NCBI GenBank assembly: GCA_964527985.1
Contig: CAZGQZ010000004.1
Location: 3,025 to 35,739 of the forward strand
Direction: 5' to 3'
DNA length: 32,715 bases
DNA from: an uncultured Rikenellaceae bacterium
GTDB taxonomy: Bacteria > Bacteroidota > Bacteroidia > Bacteroidales > Tenuifilaceae
Shown: piece after piece, positions 10,431-19,479 of the stretch
How positions within the stretch are numbered: the stretch's first letter is position 1
Layout: each line of letters begins with the position of its first letter
Notes under the pieces: model-generated
Databases searched by the model: none
The model's input: the letters and a program-made list of their open reading frames with translations, nothing else
Told to the model about the DNA's origin: nothing
Program-made: the position numbers and the translations under genes

Positions 10431-11000
10431 AAGTTAGGAATAAACTAAAATACCCCTATTTAAAAGGCGAAAGTAGATAAATTTTTATTATACACAAAAA
10501 ACATTTCCCTAAAAATTAGGGTGTTAGCGCAAATGTGTACGTTGTTAAATTGCTTTAGTTTTTAGTATTACGTTTCTATTGCTCACATAAACAGCCAATT
10601 GTGGTTTTGATTGGTTTTCTATAGCCCACATGCTCGTTGTACGTAAAAAAAAACATAAATGTTTATAAATAAAAAGTGCCATTTTGTGCATTTTGCAATT
10701 AAGTTTTGCCCGTAAACGGGCACTTGAACCTAAAAAAGTTATATAAAGGAATAATAAACCTATAAAATTCAACAATCTTGCCAATTTGCGTAAGCACATG
10801 AAAATTTGATAAATGAGCGATTTTTTAGGATAAAGGCTTTGCCGAAAGTGGGCAATGACCTATTGAAGCCATTTATGGTATTATGCGTAGATTTTGAGGA
10901 TGATAAATTAAAAATACTGGCCTAAAAACGGAACAATTATAGTTTATTTTCGAATACAGTAGTATGAGGCTCAATAAATTAAACAAAAGGAGGATGGATT

Positions 11001-11402
11001 ATGAAAACAAATTTCTTTTGTCCGAATTGTAAAGGCTACCTAAGCGTAAACGACAGGGTGATTTTTGCCATTAAAAAGAAAGGGCTCGATGGCGGACTAC
11101 TTCTTTTAAGCCCAGAGCTTGGCGAATACACATACGAGCACCATTCGAGCATTGTGTTTGAGGATGGGGAGCAAATCGAGTTTTTCTGTCCCATTTGTGG
11201 TTATGACCTTACTCTTGAGGGAGCCAATAACCTTGTAAAGGTTAAAATGCAGGTAGATGATAAGGAGGATTTTTGGGTTGTATTCTCGAAGAAGATAGGA
11301 GAACGTTGTACCTACAAAATTGCCGACGACGGAACTAAAGAGTCGTTTGGAGAGCATGCGGGCTTGCATGTCGATTTAATGAGCACAACTTTTTTAAAGT
11401 AA
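11001..11402 (+). CDS. Hypothetical protein with two CPxC motifs (putative zinc-binding)
   Basis: 133 aa with FFCPNC and FFCPIC. AGGAGG lies 7 nt upstream of the ATG, and a possible -7 variant TATTTTCG is at 10945-10952. Confidence 0.8.
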   Translation: MKTNFFCPNCKGYLSVNDRVIFAIKKKGLDGGLLLLSPELGEYTYEHHSSIVFEDGEQIEFFCPICGYDLTLEGANNLVKVKMQVDDKEDFWVVFSKKIGERCTYKIADDGTKESFGEHAGLHVDLMSTTFLK

Positions 11403-11444
11403 AACGCCATACGCTCAACCTATTCATTCGTATTATCTCCGTAT

Positions 11445-11478
11445 AAAAAAAACACCCGCTCAGTTGCCTGAACGGGTG
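11445..11478 (-). terminator. Intrinsic terminator of the FISUMP protein gene
   Basis: Minus strand CACCCGTTCAG-GCAA-CTGAGCGGGTG-T8: 11-bp stem with one G-U pair, GNRA tetraloop and U-tract. Confidence 0.88.
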
Positions 11479-11511
11479 AGAGAAGTTATAGTTTAAAAAA
11501 ATGAACCATTA

Positions 11512-14500
11512 CTATTGCTCTTTAATACATCTAACGCTTACGGCATCTTCCCTACCCCCATCAGAGCCTAGCATATCAATGTATAGCACCTCCTGCGAAT
11601 CGTGCGAAAGGTAGTAAACGGCGTTCCATGTAGCGCTAACCTGTGTGGCCGACCAGAACCATGCTTTTTGAGGGTCGCCTGAAGGAGTTCCGTAATAGTA
11701 GCCCGAAGCACCTTGATAACCAGCAGGGAATGCAGAGAATCCACTTTCGTTAGTAGCCCCTTCGTTGGGGAAATCCCACAGGCCTTCAAGCCCCATATCA
11801 ACTGCCTTAAGCTTTCCTCCAGCCACGGTAATGCCTCCGAGAGTCTCGAAAAGCTCAGTCCAGTCGATGTCGTCGGGAAGCCTCCAACCAACGGGGCATA
11901 TTCCGCGCGGATCGTTAATTACACCAAAGGAATATACCTTACCATAGTCATAGTCGTACTGGTCAATTAATGGGTGATTTGTATAGTAAGGTATATCTGG
12001 ATCAGGAACACTTCCCGGTGGTATCCAGTTAATCGGGTCACCATTGGTATAGGTTGTAACATTGAGGTTTTTAGCCATCCATATTTGGTTGCCAATGGCA
12101 ACCTCAGCGTATTGGGTTGGAGGGAAAGTTATGCTATCAATCCAAGCGCAATCCTGACCGCTCGATGATGTAAAATCTTTTGAATACTCCCAGGTTATTG
12201 TGTTAAAACCCGCAGGTATTTCATAGGAGAATTCTTGCCAGTCGTACTCACCCGATATGCTCATGTACTCTTCGCCATTAACCAGTAAACGGAGGTAATC
12301 GTAACCCTCTTCGGAGCTAATTTTTGCTAGGAAGGAGATATTTCCTCCAATGGTTTTAAAGATGATGCTTAACGAAGAGGCTTCGTTATCGTTAATGTCA
12401 GCAGACCGTGCGGAAAAAGTGCCTTGTGCTGCAATTTCGGAGTCAATAACCCAGCCAGGTTCACCTTGTACCCATTCATTGGCGAAGAATCCGCTTTCAA
12501 AATCTTCAAATGGAAGGCCGTTGCTGGCTGTAGTAAACGTAATCTGATTTCCGTAACCCGTTCCATCACCATTTGTAGCATAGGCTCGCAGGTAGTACTT
12601 TGTATTAGGCTGTAGACCTGTAATTTCGCTTGTAAATGTAGTATTTACGCTTTCAGTTGTTAACCCATCGTTTTCCGTTAAGGTGGGTTTTTCAAAAGTA
12701 CTCCAAACCAGGCCAACTGTTAATACAGCGCTATTGCCCTCGTGGTTTATTTCACCGCCCGAGGTGGCCGAAATATCCGTAAGGTTAACGACTGAGTGTG
12801 TTTTTACAATTGGAAGCCCAGTATCCTTTATGCACCTAATGCTAAGAGCATCCTCAGCACTGTTTTGTATGTCGTAACCAAAGTTTTCAATTTGAGCATT
12901 GGGACTGTATGCACTTAGGGTTACGGATAAATTTTTATTAGGTTCGGCTGATGGACTATTAGACCAAAATGCAGCACCAAATGAATTTTGATTAAAATAG
13001 CCGAATGAGCTATATAAACCTGCAGGTTCAGCAGTAAAGCCGCTCTCGTTTGTAGCGCCCTCGTTTGGTGGCTCCCAAGTGCCAAAACCCGAATTGCCTG
13101 GGGTTTTCATTTTTTGTCCGGCAATGGCAGGGCCGCCAAGTTCAGCAAATAGTATGTCCCAATCCTCAATGTAAGGAAGCCTCCAGCCCGTAGGGCAAAT
13201 ACCTCGACTATCAGCTAGTACTGTGTATGAATAGAAGTTTCCGTGGTTAACAGCGTTTTCACCAGGCTCGGGGTTATATGTGTAATAATTTGTTATACCA
13301 CCTGGTCCTTCTAAACCATCGAAATAGGTAATAGCCTCACCGTTGGTATATTGGGTTGATTCGAGATTTTGTGCCATCCATTCCTGATCGCCGATTTGAG
13401 TGGTAAAATATGAGTTTTCTTCACCATCAGAAATAATATCCTTATAGGTTTTCACCATTACAGCTTCGCTGTACTTTGTACCCACGCTGTTGCTTGCGTA
13501 GGCTTTCAGGTAGTAAAGGGTGTTAGGTTGAAGTCCAGAAAAGCTATGCGCATATGCTCCTAGCTCAATTATTGGATCGGAGAAATGATCGACGTTATCA
13601 TCAATGGATACCTCAGGGTTAAGACCAACAACAAAACCACGAGCAGTAAGCGGATTTTCTGGGTTGCCGCCTTCGTCAGTAACTACAGAGCTAATGTTGA
13701 TGGAGCTAATGGCTACATTGCTAAGGGTTGGTTCATTAACCATGGGAAGGCCCTGCCCCCAAATACAGCGAACGCTGTAGCCTTCGGTAATATAACCCGA
13801 CTGTATGGTAGCAGATGTATTGTAGTAGTTTAATGAGAGTGCATAGTAGCTATCTGATTTCTCGTTACTTTTTTTGTCCTTTTTTGTTCCTTCGCCCACA
13901 TCTTTTGTCCACCAAAATCCGTTTAAACCAATGCCATTAAACTCCTGTGAGTAGGCTATTCCAGCAGGTAGGCCAGTAAAACCGCTTTCGTTGGTTGCTT
14001 CGTTTGGCTGTTCCCACAAGCCCGTTCCGGCCTGGATAGTGCCAGTCGATTTTAGCTTTTTACCTGCAATTTCTTCTCCACCTAAAAAGTTGATAAGCTT
14101 TTCAAAGTCTGATTTTGATGGGATGTGCCAACCTGCAGGGCATAGATTATCGACAACCATTGTGTGCCCATTGTATGCTGCACCGTAAATAGTTTCGGGG
14201 TGAGGTGCGTAAGCTGGTACTCCCCATGCTTCCCAATCAGTGCCAATTGAGGTGCCATCGTTTAGCTTAGTTGTTTTAAGGTTTTCGCGCATCCAGCACT
14301 GATCGTTAATAACAATGGTTGCATACTCGTTGTTGTCAATATCCGTTAGGATACCGCAGTTTTCAAAATCGTTTGTAGTGAAAATTATTGTTTCGCTGTA
14401 GGTAGTACCGGCTTTGTTTGTGGCAAATGCTCTAACGTGATAGGTGGTGTTGGGGATTAGGGGGTTAATCTCTGCTTCGAAATTTGCTGTTGGCTCAAGC

Positions 14501-16329
14501 GTGATAATACCTTGGTTAATTTCTATGCTTGGAAGTGGATTGATACTCCAAACAAACCCTTTGCTTTGTATTGGAGCGCCACCGTTATCGGTAATGTTTG
14601 CAGCAACGTAAGCGGTTGTTGGATAAACTGCTTGGGGGTAGGGAAGGTAAACGCTTGGTTGGGTTACATCACTTTTTATGCATCGAACTGATAAACCGTT
14701 GAACTTTTGCTCTTCCGATACTAGAGCATTTACCATTTCATACTCTAGGCCAAATAGCATGGCAAAATCTTCAATACTCTCCTTTGACCACCACAGGCCG
14801 CTGTAGCCAAGAAGGTCATATATAAAATCGCCCATTGGGTTGTATACTCCTCCGGGAATGCCTGTGAAACCGCTGAAATTATTTGCCCCCGTGTTAGGTG
14901 ATTCCCAACGTGGGTGAGGGTTAACACCAGCAGTGCGTCGCGATTTGAGGGTACCCCCTGCAATTTCGGTTCCTCCAAGGTTGTTTGTTAAAATATTCCA
15001 ATCTTGGGCACTTGGTACTACCCATCCGGTTGGACATAGCCCTCGTGAATCGGCAGTTGCGTACCAATTGTAGAGCAGTCCATAGGCTTCAACCACTTCG
15101 GCATCGGTGCTAAGCTCGTCGATGGATGAGCTAGGGTATTGGGTAAATGCACCTAAAGTAGTATCAACCCATTCAAACTCTTCAAGTCCGGTTATTATTG
15201 GCGAACCATCTCTGTAATGTGTAACCTTTAAGTTCTGGGCCATCCAAATCTGGTTGCCTATCCTAACGGTGTTGTATGTATTCTCATCAATATCGGTTAG
15301 GGGAACAGTTCCAACGTTTCCGCCAACGGAGACGTTTTCATCTACCGATACATTTTCGTTCAGGTTTAGAGTTTGAGTGCGAATGTATGTAGTATCTTTA
15401 TTAAGCCTTAGCCAATCAGTATATTCTTTACCTTGATCGCTAAGTCCGCCAACGGCAAATCCGCCACGGGTGCCTTTTAGTGCATTTTCGTTAATGTTAA
15501 TTTTAACGCTGTCGGGGTGAATTATGAGGAAGTTTTGCGTACCTTTTCCCTGGTCGCTAAGCCCGCCAACGGCAAAACCACCCCTGTTACCTTTGGCCGT
15601 TTGTTTAATGTTGAATTGTACCTCATCGGGCACGATGTACATGTATTGTGGACCCTCGCTCTTTCCTTGATCGCTAAGTCCGCCAACAGCAAATCCGCCT
15701 CTACTTCCCTTTGTTTCATCGGGGCTAGCAACGTAGGCAACCACCCCCGATTCGTAAACAGCAAAAACGATTTCGTTATTCGAGTTGCGAACAACAAATA
15801 TGGGTTCCTCAATTATTCGCCCTTCCTGCGCAGATACTTCTACTTTGTTCGGATCGACAAAAATTTGAGAGGTTGAAACCCATCCTTCGCCATTATGCCA
15901 AATAGTTTCACCTAAGGAGCCAAGCCCTTCAATCTCTGAATTTGTGTAAAGCGCATAGGGCACCGAAAGCAAAGGGCTAGTGTTGATAGTTGTAAAACTA
16001 TTATCGCTGGGCAACTTTGCCTCTACCATAACTAGCAGCTGTTCGTGCCAGGGTATTGTTGAAAATTCGCCTTGGCTATCGATACTGCCAATCATTAGGT
16101 TGGCAATGCCCTTGGAGGTTGTGGTTGTGCTGTGCGTTTCGGTAAATACTGGGTTACCGCCTTGGGTTTCGGATAAAAGGGTAACTCGAATGTCAACCTG
16201 TTGGTTCGACATGATTGTTCCGTGCTCGGTTCGCAAGGCAACCTGTAGGTTAAAGTTCGAAACGCTCTGAGGGAAGGCAATTGTGATAGCTGCAAAAATC
16301 TGCACTAGGATGATGATGTATCTTTTCAT
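11512..16329 (-). CDS. Large secreted protein with four Fib_succ_major (FISUMP) domains, three Fn3-like domains, a beta-sandwich domain and RGGFAVGG repeats
   Basis: Start re-called to ATG 16329 (MKRYIIILVQIFAAITIAFP-Q signal peptide) instead of TTG 16374. Four copies of I(G/N).Q.WM..NL...CP.GW..P...SGF...P.G...SVRCI. Y..RA.ATN..GT.Y-type Fn3-like linkers. N-terminal FN.Q..LR...G....NQ.V.IR..L domain. Ends SVRCIKEQ. Confidence 0.88.
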   Translation of the reverse strand: MKRYIIILVQIFAAITIAFPQSVSNFNLQVALRTEHGTIMSNQQVDIRVTLLSETQGGNPVFTETHSTTTTSKGIANLMIGSIDSQGEFSTIPWHEQLLVMVEAKLPSDNSFTTINTSPLLSVPYALYTNSEIEGLGSLGETIWHNGEGWVSTSQIFVDPNKVEVSAQEGRIIEEPIFVVRNSNNEIVFAVYESGVVAYVASPDETKGSRGGFAVGGLSDQGKSEGPQYMYIVPDEVQFNIKQTAKGNRGGFAVGGLSDQGKGTQNFLIIHPDSVKININENALKGTRGGFAVGGLSDQGKEYTDWLRLNKDTTYIRTQTLNLNENVSVDENVSVGGNVGTVPLTDIDENTYNTVRIGNQIWMAQNLKVTHYRDGSPIITGLEEFEWVDTTLGAFTQYPSSSIDELSTDAEVVEAYGLLYNWYATADSRGLCPTGWVVPSAQDWNILTNNLGGTEIAGGTLKSRRTAGVNPHPRWESPNTGANNFSGFTGIPGGVYNPMGDFIYDLLGYSGLWWSKESIEDFAMLFGLEYEMVNALVSEEQKFNGLSVRCIKSDVTQPSVYLPYPQAVYPTTAYVAANITDNGGAPIQSKGFVWSINPLPSIEINQGIITLEPTANFEAEINPLIPNTTYHVRAFATNKAGTTYSETIIFTTNDFENCGILTDIDNNEYATIVINDQCWMRENLKTTKLNDGTSIGTDWEAWGVPAYAPHPETIYGAAYNGHTMVVDNLCPAGWHIPSKSDFEKLINFLGGEEIAGKKLKSTGTIQAGTGLWEQPNEATNESGFTGLPAGIAYSQEFNGIGLNGFWWTKDVGEGTKKDKKSNEKSDSYYALSLNYYNTSATIQSGYITEGYSVRCIWGQGLPMVNEPTLSNVAISSINISSVVTDEGGNPENPLTARGFVVGLNPEVSIDDNVDHFSDPIIELGAYAHSFSGLQPNTLYYLKAYASNSVGTKYSEAVMVKTYKDIISDGEENSYFTTQIGDQEWMAQNLESTQYTNGEAITYFDGLEGPGGITNYYTYNPEPGENAVNHGNFYSYTVLADSRGICPTGWRLPYIEDWDILFAELGGPAIAGQKMKTPGNSGFGTWEPPNEGATNESGFTAEPAGLYSSFGYFNQNSFGAAFWSNSPSAEPNKNLSVTLSAYSPNAQIENFGYDIQNSAEDALSIRCIKDTGLPIVKTHSVVNLTDISATSGGEINHEGNSAVLTVGLVWSTFEKPTLTENDGLTTESVNTTFTSEITGLQPNTKYYLRAYATNGDGTGYGNQITFTTASNGLPFEDFESGFFANEWVQGEPGWVIDSEIAAQGTFSARSADINDNEASSLSIIFKTIGGNISFLAKISSEEGYDYLRLLVNGEEYMSISGEYDWQEFSYEIPAGFNTITWEYSKDFTSSSGQDCAWIDSITFPPTQYAEVAIGNQIWMAKNLNVTTYTNGDPINWIPPGSVPDPDIPYYTNHPLIDQYDYDYGKVYSFGVINDPRGICPVGWRLPDDIDWTELFETLGGITVAGGKLKAVDMGLEGLWDFPNEGATNESGFSAFPAGYQGASGYYYGTPSGDPQKAWFWSATQVSATWNAVYYLSHDSQEVLYIDMLGSDGGREDAVSVRCIKEQ
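15427..15712 (-). repeat. Three tandem 39-aa repeats with core KG(S/N/T)RGGFAVGGLSDQGK
   Basis: Final Lys codons at 15661, 15544 and 15427, an exact 117-nt period. The 14-aa core is invariant but its codons differ synonymously. Confidence 0.9.
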
Positions 16330-16474
16330 GGTAAGTTTTTTTAGGGCGTTAATATATGCATAAACTTTAGGCAAGTTATGCTATTTGATGCTAATAATCA
16401 AAACAATATTTGGCTAAAATTATCTCTTATTAACCTTATTTTGACCAAATAGCCAATAGATTATGTGAAAAGGT

Positions 16475-17182
16475 TTACTTTTTTTGTAGTGAGAATGGCA
16501 GGGTGCCAACGGGCGAAATACCCTTAGGGCTCACCGAAACCTGAAAGGGAATAATTTCAACTCCATTTTGGTGGGCTTCAACCAAAAGCTTAGCGTATTC
16601 AGGATCGATGCTCCATGCAGGAGTAAACAGGCTTACGTCGGTTCGTTGAATTATGTATAGCATAACGGCTCGTATGCCCGATTCCTTAACCTTTATTAGC
16701 GTTTGTAAATGCTTTTGTCCGCGGGTAGTTTTTGCATCGGGGAATTGCGCTTCATCTCCCTCTTTTAGGGTAACATTCTTAACCTCAATGAAGCACTTTC
16801 CCTTTTTGCCTTCGGCAAAAATATCGAAACGGCTGTCGCCAAAGGTTACTTCGCGTTGTACTTTTTCATAACCCTCGAGGCCAGGTATAACGTTGTTTTT
16901 AATCCACTCGAGTGCAATTTTGTTTGGGTTCGATGTGTTAATGCCCACCCAGCCATTGTTTATGTATATCATTTCCCATGTAAACCTTGTTTTGCGCTTG
17001 GGATCGTTAACGGGCGAAAGGTAAACCTCGGCTCCCTCTTCAATGCAACTTTTCATCGACCCCGAGTTTGTGCAATGGGCTGTTACTATTTCGTTGTTGT
17101 CGAGTTTTACATCGGCAAGAAACCTCTTGTAACGCTTAATTAGACTGCCATGTGTAAGGGTTGTGGGGAAATGTATTGTCAT
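16475..17182 (-). CDS. sfsA: DNA/RNA nuclease SfsA (sugar fermentation stimulation protein)
   Basis: Motifs RYKRFLADV, AHC.NSGSM, SRFD, FIEVKNVTL, FPDA.T.RGQKHL, IDP.Y. Confidence 0.95.
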   Translation of the reverse strand: MTIHFPTTLTHGSLIKRYKRFLADVKLDNNEIVTAHCTNSGSMKSCIEEGAEVYLSPVNDPKRKTRFTWEMIYINNGWVGINTSNPNKIALEWIKNNVIPGLEGYEKVQREVTFGDSRFDIFAEGKKGKCFIEVKNVTLKEGDEAQFPDAKTTRGQKHLQTLIKVKESGIRAVMLYIIQRTDVSLFTPAWSIDPEYAKLLVEAHQNGVEIIPFQVSVSPKGISPVGTLPFSLQKK

Positions 17183-17188
17183 TTAGTT

Positions 17189-19315
17189 TTATCCTTTCTC
17201 AATGTGAATGTATTTGTCGAATAGCGCCGATATTCCCTTTGGTTCTCCAATAATTGTAACTATATCGCCTTCGAGCAACAGGGTGTCGCCACGTGGGGTT
17301 AAAATCTGATCTTTGCGCTGAACCATGGCAACCAGCACATCCTGAGGGAACCTAATTTCCTTGAGCATTTTATTTATGAGATGATCGGTTGTTGAACTGG
17401 TTATTAGCTCAAGGGTAATGTACCTATCGTTATGAAGCATGTACTCTTTTATCTCGCGCTCGTTAGCAATCGAGCAGATATCATCAACAAACTGTTCTCT
17501 TTCAACAATGTCGATTAGGCGCGAGAGAATCCGTAGCTGTAGCTTTGGGTTATCGGTTCGGTTGAGTAGGAAAAAGAAAACCCTGATGTTATCTTCCGAT
17601 GATATTTCACCTTTTTCAACAGGTTTCTCAACTCCTATCCTCGATGTAACAATATGGAGCATTGGCCGCTGTATGTTTTCCGATTTTCCATATAAAATGG
17701 AGACCCTTGGGATTACCAGCGCAGGATCGATATTGGTAACCTGTAAAAACTCGTTAACCAAGTTTTGGTGGTTGCACCCTTCAATTTTTGATGATAGTTC
17801 GGCCGAAACCCTGCTGACCAAATCTTTGAATGAAATGCGTTCATCCATAAGCCTTGTTATTTGAGCCTGAACAACCATTTCGTCAAAGGGGTCACCATCG
17901 CGAAGTCCTTTTTCTTTAAGAATAGACAGAAGCTCATTTTCAAGGCCTATATGCTGTTTTTGCCCTAAAAGGGCAAACCAGTGGTAGATCGCCCCTTCGC
18001 GCTTCACGTGCTTTCTTGCATAGTAAACGTACCAAATTATGGCTAACGAAATAACTCCAATGCTAAACATTGCTGGAGCCCAACCCATATAAACAATTAG
18101 AAAGAATGATGTAACTATTCCAAAAACCTGCATCCATGGGTAAAGTGGAGATTGATAGCCAGGGTCATAGGTTTCTATCCGACTATTGCGCATTACAATT
18201 ACAGCAAAGTTTATGAGGATAAAAATAATAAGCTGAAATGCGCTGGCCATTTTGGCAATTCCTTCGGCACTAAGTGTTAGAATAAAAATAGCCATTATGC
18301 CAGATGTTACTAGTATTGAGTAGATTGGTGTTTTGAATCTTCCAATATAAGTGAAAAATGAAGGGACTACTTTATCTCTGCCCATAGCCAAAGGATATCT
18401 AGAGGCCGCCATAAGCCCACTGTTTCCTGTTGAGGCAAATGCAGCAATTGCAGCAGCAACAACTAATATACCTCCAACTTTAGGAGGGATCCATTTAAAA
18501 ATGTTCTGTGATGCAGTCCAAACTGGTGTTAAATCTTTGTATAAATCCTCTGAAGGAATAGCTCCTACCATAATGAAAACTCCTCCAACATAGATTAGGG
18601 TTGTGACAACTAGTGAGAAAAGCATTCCCATTGGTATATTACGTTCGGGATTTTTAATTTCCTCGGCAACACTTGCTATTTTAGTTAATCCTAGGTAGGC
18701 TACAAAAACAAATCCAGCCGTTGAGAGAATCCCTTCAAAACCATTCTTAGCAAAAGGTGTATACTGATTTTGGAAAAGATCTCTGGCGCTATGGCTAAAT
18801 AGTTCTCTTACTCCTTCAACCATAAATAGCACCATAACACCTATTAGAAAAAAAACTAAAAATCTTTGTAAACCAGTTGTTTTCTTGGCTCCAAGAATGT
18901 TTAGAATTGTAAAAAAAATAGTTAAAGCAATAGCCACCACTTTAATAGGCGTGTCAAAAAAGATGCTTGAATATGCCCCAATCCCTACCAAGGCAAAAGC
19001 GGTTTTTAGAACTAGTGATAAGTAAGTGCCAATACCACCTATTGCTCCCATCATAGGACCCAAACTCCTATCAAGCATAAAGTAGACACCACCGGCTCTT
19101 GGCATTGCTGTTGCTAATTCTGCAATGCTTATCATGGCTGGTAAAATAAGGAATGCTGCTATTAGATAAGATAGAAAGACAGATGGGCCAGTATAAAAAG
19201 CAGCCAACCCAGGGAGCAGAAAAAACCCAGAACTTATCATTGCCCCAGTGCTGAGGGCAAAAACATCAACTAACCCTAGTTCCTTGTTAAGCTTAGTGTT
19301 AAGTTTTAAGGCCAT
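17189..19315 (-). CDS. APC-family amino acid permease fused to PTS EIIA-like and C-terminal TrkA-C (RCK_C) domains
   Basis: Motifs GAMISSGFFLLPG, ELATAMP.AGG.Y, AEEIKNPERNIP and ~12 hydrophobic segments. C-terminal LKEIRFP...LVAMVQR......PRGDT.L.EGD.V.IIG is RCK_C-like. The middle VFFFLL....PKLQLRILSRL segment is EIIA-like (less certain). Confidence 0.85.
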   Translation of the reverse strand: MALKLNTKLNKELGLVDVFALSTGAMISSGFFLLPGLAAFYTGPSVFLSYLIAAFLILPAMISIAELATAMPRAGGVYFMLDRSLGPMMGAIGGIGTYLSLVLKTAFALVGIGAYSSIFFDTPIKVVAIALTIFFTILNILGAKKTTGLQRFLVFFLIGVMVLFMVEGVRELFSHSARDLFQNQYTPFAKNGFEGILSTAGFVFVAYLGLTKIASVAEEIKNPERNIPMGMLFSLVVTTLIYVGGVFIMVGAIPSEDLYKDLTPVWTASQNIFKWIPPKVGGILVVAAAIAAFASTGNSGLMAASRYPLAMGRDKVVPSFFTYIGRFKTPIYSILVTSGIMAIFILTLSAEGIAKMASAFQLIIFILINFAVIVMRNSRIETYDPGYQSPLYPWMQVFGIVTSFFLIVYMGWAPAMFSIGVISLAIIWYVYYARKHVKREGAIYHWFALLGQKQHIGLENELLSILKEKGLRDGDPFDEMVVQAQITRLMDERISFKDLVSRVSAELSSKIEGCNHQNLVNEFLQVTNIDPALVIPRVSILYGKSENIQRPMLHIVTSRIGVEKPVEKGEISSEDNIRVFFFLLNRTDNPKLQLRILSRLIDIVEREQFVDDICSIANEREIKEYMLHNDRYITLELITSSTTDHLINKMLKEIRFPQDVLVAMVQRKDQILTPRGDTLLLEGDIVTIIGEPKGISALFDKYIHIEKG

Positions 19316-19479
19316 GCTGTAAAAATATTAAAAATAATTTAGCTCATACATTGGTTAACTAAAATAATGGAGCATTGTTTTTTTCGCATTAAATTTGGTT
19401 AAAACTAACAAGCATTGCTATTATCAAATAGCTGCAAACCAATTAATCCCTATCTTTACATTCAAGAAAAATTTAGGTA

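Noticed and set aside
10545-10799. 84-aa minus-strand ORF in the intergenic region
   Set aside because: AT-rich, crosses homopolymer runs and shows no protein-like motifs. Cannot be fully excluded.
16330-16374. TTG-start N-terminal extension of the FISUMP protein
   Set aside because: ATG 16329 gives a canonical signal peptide, and the extension overlaps the likely promoter region.
18848-18855. Homopolymer A-run in the permease gene as a phase-variation tract
   Set aside because: Short run encoding Phe/Leu codons, expected in AT-rich DNA; the frame is intact.
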